64,000 bases of DNA. Origin: Eledone cirrhosa. Lineage: Eukaryota. The stretch lies in the NCBI GenBank assembly GCA_964016885.1, contig OZ024749.1, positions 30,876,001-30,940,000 on the forward strand, in the 5' to 3' direction. The position numbers and the translations under genes are program-made. Below the pieces are notes generated by a model. The model made no database searches and was not told the DNA's origin. It worked only from the letters and a program-made list of their open reading frames with translations. Below are positions 1-15,324 of this stretch, piece by piece. Within the stretch, counting starts at the first letter, position 1, and the number at the start of each line of letters is the position of its first letter.

Positions 1-88
1 CTGTTGTTGCTTTTGTTGGTACTGCTGATAGTGAAGGTGGTAGTATTACAGGTGGAGTTCTTGCTTTTGGTGGTGGTGGTGGTATTAG

Positions 89-585
89 TTTGATAATTCT
101 AGTGGTGGTGGTGGTGTTGTTGGTGACTTTTTTTGATAATTCTAGTGCTGGTGGTCTTGTTGGTGACTTTTTTTAATAATTCTAGTGCTGGTGGTCTTGT
201 TGGTGACTTTTTTTGATAATTCTAGTGCTGGTGGTCTTGTTGGTGACTTTTTTTGATAATTCTAGTGCTGGTGGTCTTGTTGGTGACTTTTTTTGATAAT
301 TCTAGTGCTGGTGGTCTTGTTGGTGACTTTTTTTGATAATTCTAGTGCTGGTGGTCTTGTTGGTGACTTTTTTTGATAATTCTAGTGCTGGTGGTCTTGT
401 TGGTGACTTTTTTTGATAATTCTAGTGCTGGTGGTCTTGTTGGTGACTTTTTTTGATAATTCTAGTGCTGGTGGTCTTGTTGGTGACTTTTTTTGATAAT
501 TCTAGTGCTGGTGGTCTTGTTGGTGACTTTTTTTGATAATTCTAGTGCTGGTGGTCTTGTTGGTGACTTTTTTAATGCTGGTGGT
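89..585. repeat. 40-bp minisatellite, ~12 near-identical copies
   Basis: Unit TCTAGTGCTGGTGGTCTTGTTGGTGACTTTTTTTGATAAT repeated head-to-tail, no spacers. Confidence 0.95.
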
Positions 586-782
586 ATGGATTATGAAGCA
601 TGACGATGAATCGAGCGTATATAACGTTACATTTTGTGGGTCCTTTGCTTAGTTTCATAAGATTATATTTATCTGTATATATATGCCAAACTATTACTTG
701 GGGAATTTTGAAGAGTTTACAAGAAATGCATCAGCGCATGCGTAATAAATAAATAAATAAATAAATGAGTAATATTTATATA

Positions 783-825
<43 letters not shown>

Positions 826-827
826 TG

Positions 828-860
<33 letters not shown>

Positions 861-1004
861 GTAAATATATATATATATATGTAATATATATATATGTAAA
901 TATATATATATATGTATATATATATATGTAAATATATATATATATGTAATATATATATATGTGTAATATATATATATATGTAAATATATATATATATATA
1001 TAAA

Positions 1005-1117
<113 letters not shown>

Positions 1118-1982
1118 TTGTGTGCGTGTGTATGTGTATATATGTATATATATATAGAGAGAGAGATCGATATTCATGTATATCAATAAATGCACGTGTT
1201 ATCGTGAATGAAAACAAATACAAGACGGAATAGAATTATATGTAAAGCAAAAAATACGGCTAAATACCACCAAATAGAACATATGATGTGTTTATGCTTG
1301 TATATATATATACATATATATATAAATATGTGTGTGTGTGTCTTTGTTATAAACACACACACACATGTATGTATGCTGCATATCGAAGTTAGATTCCGCT
1401 TGCGTATAATCTTCTGTCATCTTTTGTATCATTCTGTGAGGTAGTTGAAGTTGTTGTTGCTGTTGTTGTTCTCTTCTTCTTCTTCTTCTTCTTCTTCTTC
1501 TTCTTCTTCTTCTTCTTCTTCTTCTTCTTTTTCTTCTTCTTCTTCTTCTTCTGCTTCTTCTTCTTCTCCTTCTTATCATCATCATGATCTAACTCTTCCT
1601 TATTCAGATCAATATCTTTCTAATAGTTTAGGAATATAGGGGAAGTTTTCTTGAAACCGGAAAATTAGAGCGAATGGTTACAAGATCCCGCCATTCCAGA
1701 AGAAATAAAAACGATCCATCTTTCCTTTCGTATAAATTTTCCCAGAGACTTTGTTTGCCAAATTTCAGTCATGAATATTTCGTTGACTCGACGCCATATT
1801 TAGAAAACATTAATGTTAGGTGACATGAAATGAAGTAGAACCCAAACGCAACGTAGTTGTAAAGCGAACGTCTTAACTCTGGCGCATTTTACGATAGCGA
1901 ACGAGTCACCGAACCCACACGGATTCTTACTTTCCTAAGCAAATGATTCAAACAAATGTGAACGAAGCAATTAATACACACA

Positions 1983-2218
1983 AATTTAGCCGCTTTATTC
2001 ACTTCGAAGTAACTAAGACTCGGAAGTTTGGTCGCTTTATTCATGACAAACAACAACGACACAATTGTATTCGCATCATTCATCTCGAAGCAGCAGAGAC
2101 ATAATTTTAGTCGCTTCATTCATGACGAAACAATTAAGGCACATCATTTTGGTCGCTTCATTCATCTCGAAGCAACTAACTCACAGAACTTTCGTCGCTT
2201 CTTTAATTTGGAAGCAAT
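1983..2218. repeat. Degenerate ~40-42 bp tandem repeat (~6 copies)
   Basis: Recurring TTTRGTCGCTTYATTCATYTCGAAGCA-like core at about 41-nt spacing. Confidence 0.75.
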
Positions 2219-2304
2219 TTTAAAACTCGGATGAAAGTTACACAATCATCCGAGCAGGATGAAATTTGAATAATCAATCGTACCTTGCGTTGTAATATGA
2301 TGTA

Positions 2305-2352
<48 letters not shown>

Positions 2353-2779
2353 GGGGGGGGTGATCATCCCAGCAACCCAGCTCCACGAAAACTGGCTCCC
2401 ACACATCGCTCATATATCTTATGATACAAAACATCACCAGATAAAATTGACATATCTTCATATAATTAAGGTTATTGTCACCTCAGTCGGAATAACGCTT
2501 ATTGCCATAAATATATATTTGACTTGTATTAACGATAATGAATTAATGATCATGATCAAATTAAACAATAAATATTTCACACTTACAGACAATGACCTAT
2601 AATTAGTATAGATATAATGTCGCGCCCTTATAATATCTGTCTGTATGTCTGGTGTTTGCATTGCGACATTATGATACTATATGTGTGTGTGTGTATATAT
2701 GTATATATAGTGTGTGTATATATATAGTGTGTAGCGTTTTTCGAAATATTTACTTCTGCGTTCACAGATTGATTATTTT

Positions 2780-2830
2780 AGTTTCAGAAGATCTCGTTTA
2801 GGGTGAAAGCAGCGATTCTTTGCTTAAACT
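2780..2830 (+). ncRNA. Type I hammerhead-like fold, family B (core CAGAAGA)
   Basis: AGUUU-CAGAAGA-stem II-GAAA-GCAG..UUGC-UU-AAACU; stem I AGUUU/AAACU. Confidence 0.6.
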
Positions 2831-2974
2831 TTAATATGTTATTTAAATATATATATATATATTCGTGTACACATATTTTCGCATACTGAATAACAAAATA
2901 TAAACAAACGTATTTATTTCACGAGGATCGATAAGGATAAATATATTCAAATATATAAGAACCCTAGAGAAAAC

Positions 2975-3002
2975 CCCGAGCAGCGCCGGGCCATTCTGCT
3001 AG
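2975..3002 (+). mobile_element. Helitron-type 3' terminus
   Basis: GC-rich hairpin CCCGAGCAGCGCCGGG followed about 8 nt later by CTAG|T. Confidence 0.6.
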
Positions 3003-3116
3003 TCTTTGTTAATAGATTTTTGGTAATTTAAAAGATTGGTAAGAAACAACACAAAATGCCATACACATATATATTTCGATACACATACACTTACCTACAC
3101 GCCTACATACACACAG

Positions 3117-3170
<54 letters not shown>

Positions 3171-3208
3171 ATACATATCTGTGTGTGTGTTAGGCATGTA
3201 AGTAAGTG

Positions 3209-3246
<38 letters not shown>

Positions 3247-3816
3247 CAGAGACATACACACATATGCCCACACATATAACTGGATTCATTCGTACACATA
3301 TAGTGACATACACGTTTACATACAAACATCCATGCATACATATGTACACAAATAAATATAATTACACTTAAAGAAAAATTCACTGATAGATAAGATAAAT
3401 AGATAGATGAAGAGAGCGATAGTAGGAGAGAGAGAGAAAAAATAGACGCAAAGATAAATACATAGATAGATAAATATTCATACATATATATTACATACAT
3501 ACATGCATACATAAATGCGTACTTGTATACCAGCATACAAACATACATAGGCATACACAGTCACACATATATATATAAGTATATTGAAACACAAAGTCTT
3601 TTCTTAAAATCAGATGTGTGTTCTGTCAAAATGTTCTTTTCTTCTTACACTCTGGAGGAGAATGAAGACACACCCACACACACGCACGCACACATACACA
3701 CATACACACACACACACATTCACACACACACACACACACCTATATATATATATATATGTATGTGTGTGTGCATGTGTGTGCGTATGTGTGTGTGTATGTG
3801 TATTTGTGTGTGAGCG

Positions 3817-3858
<42 letters not shown>

Positions 3859-3866
3859 TACATACG

Positions 3867-3897
<31 letters not shown>

Positions 3898-3906
3898 ATA
3901 TATACG

Positions 3907-3938
<32 letters not shown>

Positions 3939-3976
3939 CGTATATATATATATTTATATATATATATATATTTATA

Positions 3977-4040
<64 letters not shown>

Positions 4041-4041
4041 C

Positions 4042-4076
<35 letters not shown>

Positions 4077-4129
4077 CGTATATATATATACATATATACA
4101 TACGTATATATATATATATATATACATAC

Positions 4130-4230
<101 letters not shown>

Positions 4231-4499
4231 CGTATATATATATGTATGTATATACATGTAATAGTGAATTGGAGGACATTTGCAAGATTACAGTGAAACT
4301 AATCAATGCTCCAGGCATTTAATGTCATATATTGTATATATGTTATATGTTGTATATATAGATATATATTGTATGTATATTGTGTATATTGTATATGTTA
4401 TCAACACATTCACAGCAAATATAGTAAACAATGTTTGGAGTGATTTATTTAAACTTTAACAAATATTTTACATTCAGCAAGTTGACATTGATAAGATAG

Positions 4500-4568
<69 letters not shown>

Positions 4569-4614
4569 TCATACAAATATATATATATACATATATATAT
4601 ATACATTCATACAA

Positions 4615-4696
<82 letters not shown>

Positions 4697-4717
4697 TAAT
4701 ATATAGCTTCATATATA

Positions 4718-4762
<45 letters not shown>

Positions 4763-4835
4763 ATGTGTGTCGGTGTGTGTGAAAGTACAGAGAGATATAA
4801 TCCTATATAAAATCTATTTATCTGTTGTTATATGT

Positions 4836-4878
<43 letters not shown>

Positions 4879-5217
4879 AGTGTGTGTGTGTATGTGTGTG
4901 CGTGTACGTGTGTTTGTCTATATGTATGTAATGTAGAGGGAAACATCTGTATTTAGATATGCACGGGTGCACAAGCTTACATATAAGTAAACATAAGATG
5001 AAATCTATATGTAAGCACACATTTGCGTACCTGTGGTTTGCAATCTATAGATTGTAGACAAGCTTTCGTATGGTTACATACATATGTAAGTATACATACA
5101 AATTTACACGGATATATACATATATATAAATATACACTCATGTGTGTGTGTGTGTGTGTGTTCGTGTGTGTGGATATATATGTATGTATACATATATAGA
5201 CATACACACATATAAAT

Positions 5218-5345
5218 GCAGAGGCGTGACAAACCACAAACCCTCCATCTCAATTTTACTTTTGAAATGCATAAGGACTGTGAAACCGGTAAAGGAAATA
5301 AATGCTCTTAAAAAGTTTCCATTTGCATTTTCGGTTTCTTTTCAA

Positions 5346-5352
<7 letters not shown>
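5218..5352 (+). mobile_element. Penelope-like terminal fragment, family E, with degenerate HHR (5259-5294)
   Basis: Homologous to 18805-19018 and 61950-62065; CUU-UUGAAAU-GCA..UGU-GAAA-CCGG-UA-AAG; ends in (TA)n. Confidence 0.55.
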
Positions 5353-5407
<55 letters not shown>

Positions 5408-5718
5408 GATGTGGTACGTTGTGTATCCGATTGCGTATATATGTGTTAATGTGTGTGTATGAGGGAGTGAGCATGTATATAACTGCATGAATGTGTATAT
5501 GTGTCTATGTGTAGGCGTGAAAACATTATATACTTATCGTTATTTGCACAATGACATTAATTCCGTTGTATGACTTATGTCTATTTACAGTCTTGGCGAC
5601 GGCTACAGCAATGATGCACGATTTACAGTCTCTTTAAGGTTAACCGCACAAAACCGTAGTCATATCGAATATGAAATAAATTCATATATATATACTTATA
5701 TAATATATATATATATAT

Positions 5719-5761
<43 letters not shown>

Positions 5762-5950
5762 TAATAATAATAAATTTGAAGACTAAAATCCAAAGAGGGC
5801 TCGATAAGGATAAATATATATGAAATATATAAGAACCGTAGAGCAAATATTTATTAAAATAACAAATATATATATATATATATATATATACTATTTCCTG
5901 TCAGCATGGCTTGGCAAGATATTTAGAACGCTGGTTTGAGACATTTATTT

Positions 5951-5987
5951 CCCTCTGAAGAAGAGATATTATCTCGAAAATTAAGGA
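5951..5987 (+). ncRNA. Minimal type I hammerhead candidate
   Basis: CCU-CUGAAGA-AGAGAUAUUAUCUC-GAAA-AU-UA-AGG; stem III is only the palindrome AAUU. Confidence 0.5.
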
Positions 5988-6101
5988 CATTTAAATAAAT
6001 CTAAGGTAAAAGACGAATTGTCAACAATATCTTTTGCAATTGCATTCTTTTTTCTATGTCTATACCTGCATTGTTTTGGCTTTATTATACATATTCAAAC
6101 G

Positions 6102-6188
<87 letters not shown>

Positions 6189-6257
6189 ATATATGTTTAT
6201 ATAAAGATAACTTCACACAAAGGATGATGTCCACACCATATACTTATATATATATAT

Positions 6258-6790
6258 ATGTACCTGGGAGCAAATATTGGGAACACAGAGGATGGTGCGG
6301 GGGAGATTGAGAGCCAGGCCTGTCCGTCTTATCATAGTTTGAGATCGGTGTAGGAGTTGGACCTCTGCAAAAACCTGAAGATCCGTCTCTTCGTTGCTGT
6401 AGTGGAGTATGTGCTGATGTAAGGGTCTGAGACTTGGACACTGACCAAGAGACACACCCAGATGGTGGATGGGTGCTACGCGAGAATGCTGAGGATGGCT
6501 CTGAACATTAATCACTGAGAATGAAAAAGTCAAAGCGGTACGGGAGCCTCCCAAAAGTCACCTCGAAAGTAGCACAGAGGAGAGTGAGGTTAGCTGGACA
6601 TTCTCACCGACATTCAGAGTTGACACTGCAATCAGTGATCCTGAGAGAGCCCCTACACCGACATTACAAGAGGGAAACCGAAGACGACATATATTGATGC
6701 CCTAAGGACAGACACTGGTCCCTGGGAGAAGCATGACAAGGAGGAACTGATGAGGGACAGAGACCATGGGAGAGAACTCCTCCATGGGAG
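6258..6790 (+). mobile_element. Degraded RTE-clade LINE 3' fragment
   Basis: Broken frames give YLGANIG, GSETWTLT, DGCYARMLRMALNI, RLAGH; homologous to 29883-30437. Confidence 0.75.
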
Positions 6791-6929
6791 ATGTATACTC
6801 TGCTATGAATTGAGTACCCTACTTACTGCGGCAACCCCGGATTTAATTCGGTATACACACACGCACACGCGCACTCACACTCACACACACACACACATAT
6901 ATATATTTATATATATATATATGTATGTA

Positions 6930-7043
6930 ACAAAACAAAGAAAGTGTGGCAAGAAACCAGGTGGACCTTAACGCACCAGAGTACTCAATACTTAGGCTAG
7001 TAAAGTGGGTAATAGGAAAAGCAGTCGGGGTCCAAACTCTTTT

Positions 7044-7045
<2 letters not shown>
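6930..7045 (-). mobile_element. Family A Penelope-like tail with a tiny inverted arm
   Basis: Reverse complement of the family A tail, followed by GTCGGGGTCC..TTCC|(TA)n. Confidence 0.75.
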
Positions 7046-7077
<32 letters not shown>

Positions 7078-7087
7078 AACCAGTAAG

Positions 7088-7181
7088 ACCCCGACAGCTG
7101 AGCTCAAGCCGTTTCGACGGCTAATTCTGGACTAAATGAAAATTTATCCTGGTATTTAAATAGCCGATCTTCTCAAGGGGT
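7088..7181 (-). ncRNA. Type I hammerhead, family A, U3-A8 core (UUGAGAA)
   Basis: Stem I ACCCC/GGGGU; stem II GAUCGGCUA..UAGCCGUC; GAAA; stem III CGGCU..AGCUG; GUC cleavage triplet. Confidence 0.7.
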
Positions 7182-8282
7182 AATTCCATATATGGTCAAA
7201 GTGATTGTCAAAAATCAGTAGTAATTCTGTGGTTGCAAATCAGTAGGGGAGATGGTGGCTAAACCTGCCAGTAGGAGAAAGAGGGGAGGGGGTGGAGTAG
7301 ACCCAATCAAGCGTTGGTAGTGCCAGCTACAGCTGGGCATGAGGTCAAAGAAGATACAGGGGAGGGGGAGGGGGAGGAAGTCGGAACGGTAGGTAGAACA
7401 ATGGGGGGTAGAAATAGGAAAGAAAAAATACTGAGAGTGAAGAAAAGCAAATAAGTGTAAAGAAAAAAGTAAAGTAAATTAAATTCTACGACCTAGGTGT
7501 CAGGCTATTGTTAGGCGAGAATAAAATAAAGAAAGAAAGAAAGAAGTAAATAAATAAATAAATAAATAAGGAAATAAGTAAGAGAACTAGGTGGGACGGA
7601 TAAGGCAAGGACCCTTTTAAGAGGTATAAGTACGTAAATGATACGGTGACGGGTCAACCAAAGGGGCCAAAATACTAAAGAGACTACCACGAAATAAACA
7701 ATAAAGGTTTCCATCCCGGGCCAGCAACGACCCAGTGCAGCAAAGTGAACTTGTACGAGATAATAATTCTGAGTCCCGAGAAAAATATATACTAATGCTA
7801 ACTCTAAAAGATCTAAAACAAGCTACATGAAAGTTCGTACGAAATAAAGGTAGAATACGGAGAAATAAGTTCAGAATCCACCCCGCCCAGAAGAAAAGCG
7901 AAGCAAGAAATACTGAAACGAAAAAATAAGGCATAAGTGCCACTAAGAAATATAGAGGGCACAGAGAATAGTGGGAGCGGTCGGAAAAAGGGGGAAAGTA
8001 TCCGGGGTCTAAGCCAACTGCTATAAAGGGCGGAGTCCGTCAAATCTATCAAAGACTAGGGAAGGGAGGGGGGGTACTAAGGCTACATGGGGCCAAAGGG
8101 CAGCCTCGGGTGGGCGAGAAAAGACGCCGACAAAGGAGAAGAGCTGGGGTAGAAGGACAAAGGAGAGAGGGGGGAAGGAAATAAAGGAAGCGATAAAAGA
8201 ATACAAAGAAGATCTTACGTCTTCCTTGGCAAGCAGGGGTTACCCATTGCAAAATCGGCAACTGGGGTGTTATAGCCCTAGT

Positions 8283-8603
8283 CTACCCCCCCGGGTCATT
8301 ATGGGGTTTGAGGGCGAGGTAAGTCCTACGCAATCTATGTTTACATGCAGTAACCAGTTCATCTTTCTTGTTTAGGAGTTGGTCCGTCGAAAACAGCATT
8401 TGTAAAGTTTCCTCCGAGCATAAATTGCACGGACGGCGTCCTCCCGTGTAAGAATTGGCTCTGGACAGTAATCTCCAAGTGAGATCATAGGTGATGTTGT
8501 TGTCCTTGAGGTCCCATATGTGGCCCGAAAGTGTAGTGGCGTGACGCCGGGCCGGGTTTCGGAAGGTATGTCTATGTTGGTATAGCCGGGTCTTGAAGTC
8601 ACA
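8283..8603 (-). pseudogene. GIY-YIG endonuclease C-terminal fragment (107 codons)
   Basis: Manual translation: CDFKTRLYQHRHTF..TTLSGHIWDLK..W..CNLCSEE..LLNKKDELVTACKHR..stop. Confidence 0.88.
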
Positions 8604-8680
8604 TATTACATAACTAATAAGCTCTGTAGGCTACATAGAGCACTCTCTTTTCATGTACCTTTCCTACGGAAATACTTCAC

Positions 8681-8733
<53 letters not shown>

Positions 8734-9067
8734 GCCTGTACGTTCGTATGTCTGTCTACGTTTTGGGATTTATACGTGAATTTATCTGCAATGAAGAAAA
8801 CATTAAACCGCAACTATATACCATAATATGAGTATAAAACTCTGCATAACTATCGAAAAACCATTCACACTTATTTAGCTTTGTGATACAAGAAATCTAT
8901 ACATAAATAGATTCAAAGAAGAAGAAATATATCCAGTTTTTCCAAATTTAACATAGTTCCAATGTAAGAAACTTAATATCCGGACTTCGAATTTTTTTCC
9001 TAAGGTTTGTTTAGAGGTAGAAAAAGAAGAGGTATATATGTTTGTATTATATATATGTATATATATA

Positions 9068-9154
<87 letters not shown>

Positions 9155-9311
9155 TTATATTGGGTATGCGTTTATTTACCTATCTAAATATTTTTCATTA
9201 AACATTTATAAATGAATTTACGAACATACATACACTCGCACATCTATACATATAGAATGGCGGAACCGTTGTTATGTTATGAAGCTAGAGCAGGCATGTA
9301 TAGGAATATAT

Positions 9312-9488
<177 letters not shown>

Positions 9489-10400
9489 GTTGCATTCACA
9501 AAGGTTTGATAAATATAAGGAAATTGTCTGACGCTATATTGAAATACAAATATTTATATTATGCAATTTAGTATTGGCTCACCGATCGATCGCTTGTGCA
9601 TGTGTTAATGGGACGTAATCGATACCGCAAGTTTGTAAGTTATGTTGAAGCTGTTGTTTGTGTTAAACCACACTTGAATATGTACTGTGTCGATCGATTC
9701 TCACAACGATATTTTCAGCTGTTCCATTCACAGTAGCGTAGTTCTCCTGGAATTACCATGAAATGACTAAACATTCACAGACACGTGTACCCTTAGCACA
9801 GTTCATGGAATGATTTAGCTGAACTATATATCTGCCTTACATTTTCGTCTAATTTTGGGAGATGTCTCTATTGGAACAATCTATTTGTTGGTGCCTTCAA
9901 CAAGGACACGATGTACCAATGCGAGTTAAACTTATGATCTTACGATAGTGAGCAGAATATTATGACCCCTAATCTGCGGTAGGTATGGGATTGTAAACGT
10001 TTCAACCATGACAATCATGTTATATTTATGGGTATGAAGCAGGAACAGCAACACCAGGCTATTCTACCCGCTAATATTGGAGTTAGCCTTCTTAGCTCGA
10101 TGTAAAAGGACATCTTGCTTAATGTCGTTTTTTAAGCAAAGTTTTTTCCGGCCTTATTCAATTCATGGCGACAAAATACTGTGGAGATTTGAGCCAAGGA
10201 TTGACAGAGTCGCGGGGTAGAATTTTTTTGGTATTCATCCCGGCTTTATCTCTGTTCTGAGCTCAAATTAAAACTTTGCATTTTATTGTTTTGCTACCAA
10301 TAAAATACCAATATGTTATTGAAGGTTGTTCATCTCTTATTCTAACGCCCCCTGTTCTCTCTCTCTCTCTCTCTCTCTCCATCACACTCTCTCTCTCTCT

Positions 10401-10460
<60 letters not shown>

Positions 10461-10615
10461 ATATATGATATATATATATATATATTCTTTGCTTAAACTT
10501 TAATCTGTTATTTTAATAAATATTTGCTCTAGGTTCTTATATATTTTATATATATTTATCCTTATCGAGCCCTCTTTTGATTTTAGTATTCACATGTATT
10601 ATTATAATTATTATA

Positions 10616-10675
<60 letters not shown>

Positions 10676-10761
10676 ATATATATATATATACACAGACACA
10701 CACACATATATATATAGTGACGAAACATAAGTCAATTGCATGAACTCATAATCCTTTATTT

Positions 10762-10818
10762 ACTGCTATATATATTTTCGATGATAGCCATTGAATAGCT
10801 ATGACCTTATCAGGCAGT
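10762..10818 (-). ncRNA. Hammerhead, family C, left arm (core mutated to CUGAUAA)
   Basis: Inverted copy of 12073-12128 with G8A. Confidence 0.6.
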
Positions 10819-12072
10819 TAGTCAGTTCTTAGATATGCCAGCTCTGTGTTTATAGTGTTGATGGTATCAGACCCTTGGGACATATGAGCTTGTTAGGAAT
10901 AATGTAATGCTGTCAGCAGGAATAGTCTTGATTCTCATTGGTCAGTTAGTAGATGCTAGTAGGGTTGGTATTTGACCTCAAAGAGGCAGGTGGTGTTGCA
11001 AAGTTCAAACCGTCAGGCAAGATGACAATAGTTCCATATGACTGATTTTCACAAAAAGCATTCATGGTCAGATATATATTCAATTAAGGTTAATAGTATG
11101 AAATAGATACTACAGGTCATTCCTAAATTGAGGAATGTATGTGGAGTGGTGCTACTGAAAATTATGGTTAGAGTAGAACATTTACAAATAAAAAGACTTA
11201 TGTAGGTTGGCTTGCACATACACTCACACCCACCTCCACAGACACACACACACATCCACACATACAAATTGAGGAATTAATGTGGGGTGGTAATACTTAA
11301 AATAATGGTTAGAGTAAAATACTTAGATAGTTTAGAAACTTTAGAAATAAAAAAACTTATGTTGGTTGACTTGTACATACACTCACACCTACCCCCCCCA
11401 GACACGCACACACCTACACACGCAAATCCATACAGGTGTGTATATATATATATGTACGCACAAGTGCATATATATATACAACAGAGGCCCCCAAATCCAT
11501 ATATAAGGCAGTCATAAAACTAGGTGGGTGTTTGGAAAATTTATTGTTTAGACTAGACAAAGGTGGAGTGTGATATATATCTTCACAGCAATTTGTATTG
11601 TGCATGTGTGGATGTGTGTATGGATGTATGTGTGGATGTGTGTGTGTGTCTGTGGAGGCGGGAGTGAGTGTATGTGCAAGCCAACCTACATAAGTCTTTT
11701 TATTTGTAAATTTTCTACTGTAACCATCATTTTCAGTAGCACCACTCCACATAAATTCCTCAATTTAGGAATGACCTGTAGTATCTATTTCATACTATTA
11801 CCCTTAATTTAATATATATCTGACCAGGAATGCTTTTTGTGAAAATCAGTCATATGGAACTATTGTCATCTTGCCTGACGGTTTGAACTTTACAACACCA
11901 CCTGCCTCTTTGAGGTCAAATACCGACCCTACTAGCATCTACAAACTGACCAATGAGAATTAAGACTATTCCTGCTGACAACATTAAATTATTCCTAACA
12001 AGCTCATATGTCCCAAGGCTCTGATACCATCAACACTATAAACACAGAGCTGGCATATCTAAGAACTGCCTA

Positions 12073-12128
12073 ACTGCCTGATGAGGTCATAGCCAGTCAA
12101 TTACTATCATCGAAATATATATAGCAGT
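12073..12128 (+). ncRNA. Type I hammerhead ribozyme, family C
   Basis: ACUGC-CUGAUGA-GGUCAUAG..CUAUCAUC-GAAA-UAUAUA-UA-GCAGU; predicted cleavage after 12123. Confidence 0.85.
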
Positions 12129-12259
12129 AAATAAAGGATTATGAGTTGATGCAATTGACTTATGCTTCGTCACTATTATAACTCCAGAACTTATATCTTC
12201 GTTGAGTGGTCCCTATCCCCATACTGAAGTACTGAATTTTACCAACACTTACTTTCTTG

Positions 12260-12326
<67 letters not shown>

Positions 12327-12445
12327 TCAGTTATGTGATAAAAAGGCGACACTCCAGATGAACAACATTCACATTTCAGCCTTAATATAAATGAATATTA
12401 AAACTCTACTTCGGTATTTAGCCATCCTTTCTCACAGTTGTCAAC

Positions 12446-12509
<64 letters not shown>

Positions 12510-13095
12510 CTTCTCCGGGTAAAATCGTGTCTCTTCGTAACTGGTGTGTGATGTAGTCCATCAGGTGTATGTTAAAGCGAAAGTTATGACATCCATTCCT
12601 ATCATACCCCTAAACACCAATTAGAATGTATGGTCAGACGGCGTGAATAGATCTTAAAGATGAGATAAGGCATATGTGTTAAATATAAATTGTGGACTAA
12701 CGTGTCAACACCATTACTATGTGATTTAAATATATAAAAATATCTGAACGTCAAACAACGGCAGAAATCATGAAAACATTGTAGAAATAATTAAATATCA
12801 ATGAAACTTGATAAATATGTTTATAATATTCCACCTTTGGTATTCCTGGATCTTTCTCTTTAATCATATGATCATCAAGACAGTTAACGGAAATAGCTCT
12901 GATATGAATAAACATTAAAATAAACATGCAAACATAGTCTCAGACACGCAAACAGAAAGACAAACAGACAAATACATCTACATCTACACGATACACACGG
13001 AATGCATACATAGATACATACATTATAAAATACAACATTAATACACACAGAAAAACACCCGCATACAAATATATATATATACATATATATGTATG

Positions 13096-13199
<104 letters not shown>

Positions 13200-13984
13200 A
13201 TTTGTTAGTTGGATATATTGATAGATACAGATATAGATATGATGTTAGAATTATAGTCTTGTAAACCATTGTTCAAATTATTATACCATTCTTAAGGAAG
13301 TATGGACTCCTAACTGATGAGGGAGTCGTAGGGGCGCCATATTGGCATACGGCGTTTCTAGAGTATTTTTTTATAACCTGGTGGATTGCATCACTTCTCC
13401 CTGTCTGAATAAAGCAGATTTCTTCCAGAGATGGATAGAGAGTGAGAGAAATGGAGTGAGAAAGATATAGAGGAATAATGGACTCCAGCACTGGACTGGT
13501 ACTTTTTCTTTGGTGGGAGGGACCTTGAAATGATAAAAGGCACAGTAGAGTTCGCCTGTATTTGAACTCAGAGAGAGAAGAACCGAAACGAACACAGCAG
13601 AGCCTTTTATCCGACGTTCTAACTACTCTGCGAATTCACCGCTTATAAGGAAAATAGTTTTAATTATTGTTATTGAATAGGGAACACGGAGATCAAGCTT
13701 TTTGCTTGTTCGCTGCTTTTTTGTCTTGCCTCAGTTTTCTTTTCTTTTGTCTTACTCCTCACATTTACTCTGTCCCTTTTCTACCCACCTCTCCAGATTT
13801 TTTCTGTAATCCCCCTAACTATTCATCACCACCCACATCATCATACCTTTCTTTATTTCTTTTTATTTCATTTTTATATATTCCTTCTTCATTATGAGTT
13901 TTATGACTGACAAGCGGCTCAGCGACCGCATCTGTATTAGTGAGCTCTCAACATTACCAAACTTAGACCAATTACATTAATTGT

Positions 13985-14235
13985 CATGTCAAGAGTACTC
14001 AAACTATACGTTCATATAAAAAGATCAACTCGTGGTGTGAGTAGGTTTTGTCTGGAAGGAAGGTTGGCTGGTAAGAGAAGCAGAGGCCGGCAGCCAAAAC
14101 GATGACTTGATAATGTCAACCTATGGACTGGACTTTATCTTTGCTCTTTGAACTCTGCTGCTGGTGATCGAACTTTGGGGAGATATCAAATGTTAATGCG
14201 CAGTCTTCAACTGACGGAGTTTAGTGTCACAAGAG
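13985..14235 (+). mobile_element. Degraded RTE-like LINE 3' end
   Basis: Remnant LEGRLAGKRSRGRQPKR-like motif typical of RTE C-termini. Confidence 0.5.
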
Positions 14236-15251
14236 AGAGTGCATGACTGGTACTTTATTTTATCGAACCTGTAAGGTTGGATGAAAGGCAAAGCTTATTT
14301 GGTTTCTCTTTAGCCCGAGAGGTTGAATCTTTCAAATTTTACTGCTCTAATCAAGAAACAATAATAATAAAAACAACAACAACAACAACAATAATGACCA
14401 TATTAGTCCCCAGAAAAAGTACATAAGTATATAACACATAACAGAAAAAGCCAATTACGTTTTTTTTTTCTTTTAGTTATAATCTCCCGTATTCTTTTAG
14501 TTATAATCTCCGTATAGATAACTTTAGCCATAGTTTAGCAATGTAAATATATTTCACAGATTTCTCATGATAAGCAGGTCTCCATCAACGTTATTTTACT
14601 TTGATCACTAAATCATCATTTCTAAACACATTTATAACTTATTTAAAACCCAGACGTATATAACAAGATGAAAGCCGACGGATGGTCTATTATTGAATAG
14701 TCTTATATCGGAATACTTTGAATTAAGGAAACCTACGAATTGCAAATATACGTATAGGTATTTAGATATAGATTTTAATCTTCATCGCCTATTGAGATAG
14801 TCGTCTATCTCTTTATCTATCTATCTACCTATCTATCTATCTATCTATGTAACTATCTATCTATATATATATATATACCTATCCATATATTTGTCCGTTG
14901 CCTTGTTATGTGTATATGAACGCATGCATGTAAGTATATATGTATATTCTTATAGGCACGTACGTAGATATGTATATGTACATATTTCTGTGTGTATATT
15001 TGTATGTATATTGCGTGTATATTGTGTGTATGTATATATATATATATATACAAATATATATAAAGGTATATATATAGGTATATAGGTATATATATCTGTG
15101 TATGAATGAGATATGGCTCATCTTTTCAATATTATATTTTGAATATATTAATATCTCGCAGTTTTTGTTGGATATCATCAAAGAAAACCTTTATTTTGTA
15201 GCAATACCTAGACCAACGTCACCTCATCACCACTATGTCAGCAGCTGTTGA

Positions 15252-15324
<73 letters not shown>

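Larger units (their letters stand above)
7076..8604 (-). mobile_element. 5'-truncated Penelope-like (Naiad-type) retroelement, family A
   Basis: GIY-YIG C-terminus, then ~1.1 kb 3' region, then HHR, then (TA)n. Confidence 0.85.
10714..12261. mobile_element. Fold-back Penelope-like insertion, family C (~550-bp inverted arms, tail on right arm only)
   Basis: 10714-11265 is the reverse complement of ~11620-12176; an HHR in each arm; TA flanks. Confidence 0.85.
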
